Assembly (NCBI GenBank): GCA_049414405.1
Contig: JBMSAQ010000015.1
Span: 92,608 to 124,607, forward strand
DNA length: 32,000 bases
From: Candidatus Nanopusillus sp.
Lineage (GTDB): Archaea; Nanobdellota; Nanobdellia; Nanobdellales; Nanobdellaceae
Reading direction: 5' to 3'
Position 1 is the first letter of the stretch; every line of letters begins with the position of its first letter. Shown in pieces: positions 7,452 through 13,648 of this stretch. The position numbers and the translations under genes are program-made. Under the pieces are notes generated by a model that worked only from the letters and a program-made list of their open reading frames with translations, was not told where the DNA came from and ran no database searches.

Positions 7452-8431
7452 TTTTCAGATAATTCTCTAAATCTTTTATCCAATTCTTCCTTCAATTTAT
7501 GATATATTATTTTTCCATTCAGATCTGCTTTCACTGCGATAGATATTTTTGATGCTAATGTTCTAGCCATTGCTCCTCTTCTTTTTGGTGGTAATCTTTG
7601 CAAATATGGATGATTAAATATTACACCATGCTTTGGGGGTTTTATACCCTTAGATAAATGTAAAAATAATGCCTTTTCTGCACCTAAAACCTGTATTGTT
7701 GATGAGGGTAATAATGATAATTCTTTCAATCCACTGGCTAATAATATTAATCTTGCACCAATTTTTGGAGTAGCAATTTCTGATAAATTTGGAGCAATTT
7801 CTTTCATTAATTTTTCAATATAATTTTCTAAATCTTTTCTTAAATCATACAACTCTTTTATCTTTAATGATATTTCATTCATTATTTCTAAATCTTCCTT
7901 CTTAAATATTTTTCCACCCATTGTTTTGTTGATATTATATTTTTTCATCAATTCTTCCCTATCAGAATTTACAATTGCTCTTATAAATTTTTCATGATCT
8001 TCAATTTCTTGTGAAATTTCTGGAAGATATAATCCGTACCATTCTCTAAATCTCTCCATGAATAAATTTAGTGTTTTATTCAAATCGTCAAGAAAACTTA
8101 TTGCCTGAATTATTATTTCATCCTTACTTATAGAATCTGATATTTGTTCTTTTAATAAGCCAATAAATAACTTATTATCAATTTTCTCTTCTCCAATTTT
8201 TTCCATTACCTTTCTTATCATACTTATATCTTCTGTATATTTATATCCATCAAATCTTTGTCCAATAAAAATATCATTTTCCTTTATATATTTCTTTACC
8301 TTTTCAGGTAATTTATTTTTATATATTTCTTTTAAATCATCTAAATTCAACTCTACATTAATTTTCTGAAAATTTTCTAAATTATCATCAAATATATATA
8401 ATCCATTATATCTCAACAAAATATAGCTCAT
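7448..8431 (-). CDS. nop5: C/D box sRNP core protein Nop5 (Nop56/58 homolog)
   Basis: Nop domain LGAEKALFLHLSKGIKPPKHGVIFNHPYLQRLPPKRRGAMARTLASKISIAVKAD. Conserved pairing with fibrillarin. Confidence 0.9.
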   Translation of the reverse strand: MSYILLRYNGLYIFDDNLENFQKINVELNLDDLKEIYKNKLPEKVKKYIKENDIFIGQRFDGYKYTEDISMIRKVMEKIGEEKIDNKLFIGLLKEQISDSISKDEIIIQAISFLDDLNKTLNLFMERFREWYGLYLPEISQEIEDHEKFIRAIVNSDREELMKKYNINKTMGGKIFKKEDLEIMNEISLKIKELYDLRKDLENYIEKLMKEIAPNLSEIATPKIGARLILLASGLKELSLLPSSTIQVLGAEKALFLHLSKGIKPPKHGVIFNHPYLQRLPPKRRGAMARTLASKISIAVKADLNGKIIYHKLKEELDKRFRELSEK

Positions 8432-8742
8432 TTTAATATCTTTAACGATATTCTAAATCCTTTTGATGGAATTTGCATATTTATAAAATAATTTTTGAAA
8501 AATCTTTCATCATTCGCAACATCTAAAAATCTTCTATATATTTTTATTTGATATGTTTCATATATCTTTGTTCCTCTCTTTCCTAATGTTCTCATAGTTG
8601 GTATTCTAATTACCTTTGTTGGTAAATTAACAGGACCTCTCTTTTCAATACCCAATTGTTCAATTATTTTTAACAATTGATTAGTAAACTGGTTCATTGT
8701 TTTTAAATCTGTTCCCCACATTTTAATCCTTATCATTGACAT
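8428..8742 (-). CDS. rps10: 30S ribosomal protein S10 (uS10)
   Basis: IRIKMWG...GIEKRGPVNLPTKVIRIPTMR...IKIYRRFLDVANDERFF fits the uS10 pattern (RIkl...GP.pLPTK...R...iH.R.iD...de). Confidence 0.85.
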   Translation of the reverse strand: MSMIRIKMWGTDLKTMNQFTNQLLKIIEQLGIEKRGPVNLPTKVIRIPTMRTLGKRGTKIYETYQIKIYRRFLDVANDERFFKNYFINMQIPSKGFRISLKILK

Positions 8743-8766
8743 AAATTGATAATATGTATTATATTT

Positions 8767-10647
8767 TTAAATGCTTTCTACAGGTTCAATTCTTAATATA
8801 TAAAATATTTTATTCAATACTTCTTTCGTTAAATATACTAGGAATAACCTATGTGGATACTTATCTTTATAATTTAATATTGGGACATTCTGGTAAAATT
8901 CATTAAATGATCTAACCAAATCTATTAAATATCTATACAAATGGTTTAATTCTAATGATTTTTCAATATCATAAATTATATCTTTAAATCTAAATAGATT
9001 AATAATTAATTTCTCTTCATATTTATTTAATTCATTTATTTCAAATTCTTCAGGTATTTTATCAACTTTATTTAATAATGATCTTATCCTTGCATATGTA
9101 TACAAAAAGTATATTACATTTCCTTCTTCTAAATTTAACATTTTATCGATATCGAATAGTATTGTAGTATTTCTATCATATTTTAACATTTCCAATGATA
9201 TAAAACTTTTTACTATCCTTTCAGAAATTTCTTTATCTTTAAATTTATCATATGCAATATTATATAATTTCTCATATAATTCATCAACATTTATATACAA
9301 TCCTTTTCTTCCAGACATTTTTATATCTTCATTTATTCCAAATATTTTTGCAGTATTTCTATGTAATCTAACCAACCCATATCCATAATATATATATTTA
9401 GATTCTTTATCAATTTCTTCAATTATCCTTTTCACCATTAATTGATTATGCATTTGTTCCATTCCAATTACATTTATTGAAACTTTACATAGTTCAATTT
9501 CTTTTCCCTCATTATTTACTTCATATATATATTCATCATTCGGTTGTTTTATATATTCTTTAAATTTAATATTTGATCTAATTATACCATGTTTCCACAT
9601 TGCATATGCAATATCTTTTGCAATATATGTGGTAGTTCCATCTGATCTTACAAGAACCTTTTCTTTATTTGAATATGCTCTATATATATCTTCCCATCTT
9701 GTTAAATCCAGAGAAATTGTACCATTCTTTTTTATCATTTTATTTTCTTCCAATATTTTTAATGCACTATCAAATAATTTATACCTTAATATGTCGGATT
9801 CTCTAATAATTATATTAAAATGTATATTAAATTTCCACAATGTATTTAATTGTTCATATAAAATTTTTTCCGATATTCTTTTAGATAAATAATATACATC
9901 ATTATTACCTTCTTCAATCATCTTTATAATATTATATTTGTATTTTTCTAATTCTGGAATTATTTCATATAATTTATTAACTATTACATATATAAAATCT
10001 CCATAATAGTGATCAAATTTCTCAGGAACTTCATATCCATATAAACTTTTCAATAATCTCATTCTTTCCAAAAATATTTCTCTAATTTTTTCATCATATT
10101 CTTCTTTATATATATTCTCTTTTATTAAAAAATCTTTTATATTGTTTATTACTTTTTCTAAGTTGAAATCTTTTGGTTCTTCAGGTATCTTCAAATAACA
10201 TATTCCTAAAATGTTATCACTAACCTGAACTCCTGTATCATCTATATAATTTATTACGTGTATATCATAATTTAATGTTTTAAACAATCTATACAGAGAA
10301 TCTCCAATTATTGAATTTCTTAAATGGCCTATATGTAATGCTTTATTAGGATTTGCTGATGTATGCTCTAAAAATATTCTAACATTCTTTTTTTCAAAAT
10401 CAAACAATTTTCTATAATTTTCTAATAATTTTCCCTTATTCAACTTAATATTTAGATATCCGTTTATAAATTTGTAATCTAAAACAAATTCTCTTATTTT
10501 TTCAATTATTTCATTTACTAATATATTTATGTCTTTTCTTTTTTTCATTTCTTTGAACAATTTAATTGCTATATCATAATCTAAATTCTTTGGGGGTTCA
10601 GAAAATTCTATATCATAATCTTTTAATTTTTCTTTTATTATCCACAT
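8767..10647 (-). CDS. argS: Arginyl-tRNA synthetase
   Basis: Class I HIGH region HTSANPNKALHIGHLRNSIIGDSLYR plus a typical ArgRS C-terminal anticodon-binding region. I place the start at the internal Met (MWIIKEK, ATG at 10647) rather than track position 10716, because this puts a TATA box 25.5 nt upstream and removes an implausible FKLFIKINF leader. Confidence 0.9.
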   Translation of the reverse strand: MWIIKEKLKDYDIEFSEPPKNLDYDIAIKLFKEMKKRKDINILVNEIIEKIREFVLDYKFINGYLNIKLNKGKLLENYRKLFDFEKKNVRIFLEHTSANPNKALHIGHLRNSIIGDSLYRLFKTLNYDIHVINYIDDTGVQVSDNILGICYLKIPEEPKDFNLEKVINNIKDFLIKENIYKEEYDEKIREIFLERMRLLKSLYGYEVPEKFDHYYGDFIYVIVNKLYEIIPELEKYKYNIIKMIEEGNNDVYYLSKRISEKILYEQLNTLWKFNIHFNIIIRESDILRYKLFDSALKILEENKMIKKNGTISLDLTRWEDIYRAYSNKEKVLVRSDGTTTYIAKDIAYAMWKHGIIRSNIKFKEYIKQPNDEYIYEVNNEGKEIELCKVSINVIGMEQMHNQLMVKRIIEEIDKESKYIYYGYGLVRLHRNTAKIFGINEDIKMSGRKGLYINVDELYEKLYNIAYDKFKDKEISERIVKSFISLEMLKYDRNTTILFDIDKMLNLEEGNVIYFLYTYARIRSLLNKVDKIPEEFEINELNKYEEKLIINLFRFKDIIYDIEKSLELNHLYRYLIDLVRSFNEFYQNVPILNYKDKYPHRLFLVYLTKEVLNKIFYILRIEPVESI

Positions 10648-10668
10648 AAAATTGATTTTTATAAAAAG

Positions 10669-10676
10669 TTTAAAAA
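10669..10676. promoter_or_regulatory. Shared central TATA-like box TTTAAAAA between divergent argS and pilin-like gene 10699
   Basis: The box centre (10672.5) is 25.5 nt from the argS ATG (10647) and 26.5 nt from the plus-strand ATG (10699). Confidence 0.45.
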
Positions 10677-10698
10677 TATGGCAATTGTATAAAAATTT

Positions 10699-10905
10699 AT
10701 GATAAAGAGAGGTCAATCTCTAACAATTAACACATTAGTTATATTGATATTGGTCCTTGTTGCCTTAATATTCATAATCTTATTTTTTACAGGTACGTTT
10801 TCTAAAGGTACAACTGGAGTAAATAATGTACTAAATCCCGCATTAAATCAAACAAATCAAACAGGCCAACTAATCAACAATTTACCAAATCAGATTAATG
10901 GTTAA
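10699..10905 (+). CDS. Mini type IV pilin-like protein (68 aa)
   Basis: MIKRGQSLTINTLVILILVLVALIFIILFF. KRG-QS followed by a hydrophobic helix is the best class III (prepilin/prearchaellin-type) signal match in the window. N/Q/T-rich tail with NQT NQT sequons. Confidence 0.6.
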   Translation: MIKRGQSLTINTLVILILVLVALIFIILFFTGTFSKGTTGVNNVLNPALNQTNQTGQLINNLPNQING

Positions 10906-10974
10906 TCTTATATATTTGATAATACAACATAACTTTCTACAAGCCAATCTTCTACATAATAAATCAATTAAAAT

Positions 10975-11157
10975 ATGAAAAGATCTGATGTTATTAATTT
11001 TATAATCTTCTTAATAATTGGGCTTGTTGTTTTAGTATTGGTTATAATTTTTGTAGTTCCACAAACAACGAAAATAATGTCATCTCAACAAAATCTATCA
11101 AATGTATCAAACAATGTTCTAAATCAAACATTTAGCAATATATCAAATATCAATTAA
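10975..11157 (+). CDS. Mini type IV pilin-like protein (60 aa), tandem paralog
   Basis: MKRSDVINFIIFLIIGLVVLVLVIIFVV, then the tail SSQQNLSNVSNNVLNQTFSNISNIN with sequons NLS, NVS, NQT, NIS. Shares the hydrophobic core LV(I/V)LVLV with 4019-4207 and 10699-10905. Confidence 0.55.
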   Translation: MKRSDVINFIIFLIIGLVVLVLVIIFVVPQTTKIMSSQQNLSNVSNNVLNQTFSNISNIN

Positions 11158-11243
11158 ATAAAAATCTTATGTAGTTTATATTTTTAACTTTAAATTCTAT
11201 TATTTTTCATTTTCGTTATCTTAAAAATATTTAACTTAGGTCT

Positions 11244-11314
11244 TGGGCCCGGGGGGATTCGAACCCCCGCCAATGGGTCTGGAGCCCACCGTCCTGCCAC
11301 TAGACTACGGGCCC
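11244..11314 (-). tRNA. tRNA-Trp (anticodon CCA), no intron, CCA tail not encoded
   Basis: Hand-folded cloverleaf: GGGCCCG TA GTCT AGTGGCA GGAC G GTGGG CTCCAGA CCCAT TGGC GGGGG TTCGAAT CCCCC CGGGCCC A. GC-rich stems and a TTCGAAT T-loop. The 5' nucleotide is the last base of the aIF1A stop codon. Confidence 0.9.
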
Positions 11315-11619
11315 TAAAACTCTTCTTCAATTTTTAAATATCCTTTCTTTTTTAACCATTCAACTTCAGTATCTGTATATGAATACAATATATCTCCTTT
11401 TTTATCTGATTGCAACTCCCATGGTTCTACTAATACATATGTACCTTTTTTTAACCATATGTTTCTATTCATTTTTCTATTTTGCGGAACTCTACATATT
11501 CTTGTTTTTCCATCAAAACATCTTACCCTGGCATGTGCCCAACCAACAACCTCTTCAATTATTCCTATAACTTGTCTACCCTTTGGAATGGGTATCCCTT
11601 CCTCTTCTAAAAGAGGCAT
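11314..11619 (-). CDS. eif1a: Translation initiation factor 1A (aIF1A)
   Basis: S1-like OB-fold sequence GRQVIGIIEEVVGWAHARVRCFDGKTRICRVPQNRKMNRNIWLKKGTYVLVEPW...KGDILYSY. Confidence 0.9.
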   Translation of the reverse strand: MPLLEEEGIPIPKGRQVIGIIEEVVGWAHARVRCFDGKTRICRVPQNRKMNRNIWLKKGTYVLVEPWELQSDKKGDILYSYTDTEVEWLKKKGYLKIEEEF

Positions 11620-11651
11620 TTAAAAAATTCTATAAATTAAGCATTAATAAT

Positions 11652-11810
11652 TTACCATTCTTCTTCCCATTCTTCTTCCCAGTCTTCTTCCCAGTCCTCA
11701 TCAAATTCCTCATAAAATTCTTCTCCCAATTCTTCTTCATCTTCTTCCTCTTCTTCCATTTCTCTCATTCTTAATTCTCTTATCCTATTTTTTAAGTCTT
11801 CCCAATCCAT
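11652..11810 (-). CDS. Unlisted 52-aa hyper-acidic Trp/Phe-punctuated microprotein
   Basis: Hand translation: MDWEDLKNRIRELRMREMEEEEEDEEELGEEFYEEFDEDWEEDWEEEWEEEW, then TAA. It fills an otherwise 227-nt gap in a tight same-strand gene string (36 nt after NMD3-like, 32 nt before aIF1A). The track ORF on the opposite strand (11583-11774) is F/P-rich nonsense. Confidence 0.55.
   Translation of the reverse strand: MDWEDLKNRIRELRMREMEEEEEDEEELGEEFYEEFDEDWEEDWEEEWEEEW
11655..11702 (-). repeat. Four tandem 12-nt units encoding DEDW-EEDW-EEEW-EEEW at the 3' end of the acidic microprotein ORF
   Basis: Plus strand reads ccattcttcttc ccattcttcttc ccagtcttcttc ccagtcctcatc. Confidence 0.8.
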
Positions 11811-11846
11811 ACCCTTTTATTATTATCTAAACTTTTATAAAATTTT

Positions 11847-12365
11847 TCATGAATTTTCATCACCCCTTAGCAATATTGTCACAATATATTTTTTATTTCC
11901 CTTATTTTTATCATAGCCAACTAATTTTTTACTTAATTTCACTTTTCCGTATTTTTTTAATATGTTATAATAACTTTTTACCCTATTTTTTCCCACATAT
12001 AAATATATATCAATATCTTTTTCGTTTATTTCATCCACTTTTTTTATTATATCTTTATTTTTCTTCGCTATTTTCAATATTTCATCTTCAATAATTTTAT
12101 TATATCCTCTTATTTGCAAAATTAAATTTGCTTTTCTAGTTAAACCCTTACATCTTGGACAAATAGTATATTCACACTCAAAATTATTAATATTAAGGTT
12201 ATTATACCATCTATTACGATATTTCACCCTTCCACAATATTTACATACATATATTTTTTCCTTCTTTTTTTCTTTCTTTTTATTTATTTTTAAATAACAT
12301 TCATAACAAAGTCCGTCATATAATTTTTCAACTTCTCTTCCACAGGAAGGGCAAATTCTTTTCAT
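11847..12365 (-). CDS. NMD3-family zinc-ribbon protein (short archaeal form, putative large-subunit biogenesis factor)
   Basis: CPSCG...GLCYEC, CKYCGRVKYRNRW and CPRCKGLTRKANLILQIRG match the NMD3 N-terminal Cys clusters and the ..iiQ.R motif. Confidence 0.55.
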   Translation of the reverse strand: MKRICPSCGREVEKLYDGLCYECYLKINKKKEKKKEKIYVCKYCGRVKYRNRWYNNLNINNFECEYTICPRCKGLTRKANLILQIRGYNKIIEDEILKIAKKNKDIIKKVDEINEKDIDIYLYVGKNRVKSYYNILKKYGKVKLSKKLVGYDKNKGNKKYIVTILLRGDENS

Positions 12366-12649
12366 AAATAAATAACAAAAGTATATGGTATCCCAGCAAT
12401 TCTCTTAATATCCTTTTCATCAATTATTTTTTTCTCCTTTAATATATTGATAGATTCTTCTCCAACAGCATATATAAAATATATATCTTCAAAATCCTTT
12501 TCATCAATCATTTCCTTTTCTTCTCCATTAAAAAATTCATTTAGTTCTAATACAAACTCTCCTTCTTCAAATTTTTTTCCATATAAATTTTTATCACATA
12601 AGACTAAAACATATCCATGACTATCTCTATATTTTTTTACCAATATCAT
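12362..12649 (-). CDS. DUF424-family protein
   Basis: GYVLVLCDKNLYGKKFEEGEFVLELNEFFNGEE...AVGEESINILKEKKIIDEKDIKRIAGIPY resembles the DUF424 pattern (l.a.cD..llGk.f.eg...l.v...FY.g...vG..s.......i...i..i.gvP). Confidence 0.5.
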   Translation of the reverse strand: MILVKKYRDSHGYVLVLCDKNLYGKKFEEGEFVLELNEFFNGEEKEMIDEKDFEDIYFIYAVGEESINILKEKKIIDEKDIKRIAGIPYTFVIYL

Positions 12650-13074
12650 TTTAACCTATATATTACTGGACTTTCTGCACCACAAGCTAAACATTTAATA
12701 ATATATACCCTTTCCCTCTTTTCCAATTTTGTGTCTAACTTTTTACATATTAGACATCTAACAAATATATCTATAAATTTATCTATCTTTGCCTTTATTT
12801 TCTCAAATTCTATCTTTTTCTGCAATATTATTTTCTTATCTTCAACTTTCGATGCAACATTAAATTCCTTTCTTAAAAATTCTGCTAATAAATTTATGTC
12901 TCTATTTATTATATCACAAATTGTCCCGGCATTTTCTATAGATGTCCATTTTCCAATATGATTTATTTTTGGTAATGGTATATTTATTGATCCTAGCATA
13001 GATCCGTGTAAAACTTTCATACTACTCAATTTTTTATATGCTTCATCTAACATTTCTTCGTATGTTGGTATCAT
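12646..13074 (-). CDS. eif2b: Translation initiation factor 2 subunit beta (aIF2-beta)
   Basis: YEEMLDEAYKKL... NRDINLLAEFLRKEFNVASKVE... and the C-terminal zinc ribbon VRCLICKKLDTKLEKRERVYIIKCLACGAESPV. Confidence 0.9.
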   Translation of the reverse strand: MIPTYEEMLDEAYKKLSSMKVLHGSMLGSINIPLPKINHIGKWTSIENAGTICDIINRDINLLAEFLRKEFNVASKVEDKKIILQKKIEFEKIKAKIDKFIDIFVRCLICKKLDTKLEKRERVYIIKCLACGAESPVIYRLK

Positions 13075-13646
13075 ATAACTTTATACTTTTCTGGTGAAGA
13101 TTCATAAATTTCTCCAGATGATAACAAATCTTTTATAATATTTAATAATTTTTCTTCATTTATATCAAAGAAATTTTTTATGTCTTTTAAAGATACACCA
13201 TCACCTTTATCATTATCTCTTATAAATCCCAAAATCTGCTTCCTTAATTTTACTTCTTCCGGTAATTCTTCATAGTATATTTTTTCTTCTTTCTCGTTTT
13301 CTTCATCTATTTTATCCTCTTTATTATTTTTCTTTATATTTCTTTTTATTTTTTTAATGAAAAATTTTCTCCATAGGATTTCGTCATCTTCATTCAATAT
13401 GCTCATATATCTTGCGATTACAGAAAAATTATTATTATACTCAGAAACTTTTCCTAGAATTAACAAAGTATCAAATAATTTAATATTATATACATCAAAT
13501 AGAACAACATCAAAAAATCCAAAAGTATCCAATAATTTTAATCTAATTAATTTCTTTTCTTCCTGAATGTCTATCACTTTTCCAATTAAACAAACCTTCT
13601 TATCCTTATAATTCTTTAAATCTTTTGAAAATATTGGCAAATACAT
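13071..13646 (-). CDS. OB-fold plus C-terminal winged-helix protein, RPA32(Rpa2)/Stn1-like
   Basis: N-terminal VCLIGKVIDIQEEKKLIRLKLLDTFGFFDVVLFD...LLILGKVSEYNNNFSVIARYMSILNEDDEILW fits the RPA32/Stn1 OB pattern. An acidic linker follows. The C-terminal GVSLKDIKNFF...IIKDLLSSGEIYESSPEKYKVI is a wH motif. Starts 2 nt after the MCM stop. Confidence 0.45.
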   Translation of the reverse strand: MYLPIFSKDLKNYKDKKVCLIGKVIDIQEEKKLIRLKLLDTFGFFDVVLFDVYNIKLFDTLLILGKVSEYNNNFSVIARYMSILNEDDEILWRKFFIKKIKRNIKKNNKEDKIDEENEKEEKIYYEELPEEVKLRKQILGFIRDNDKGDGVSLKDIKNFFDINEEKLLNIIKDLLSSGEIYESSPEKYKVI

Positions 13647-13648
13647 AT

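Noticed and set aside
10648-10716. 23-codon N-terminal extension of ArgRS (MTSLYHKFLYNCHIFKLFIKINF) given by the track.
   Set aside because: It would run through the shared TATA box and overlap the divergent pilin-like gene start. The internal ATG at 10647 gives a conventional ArgRS N-terminus and canonical promoter spacing.
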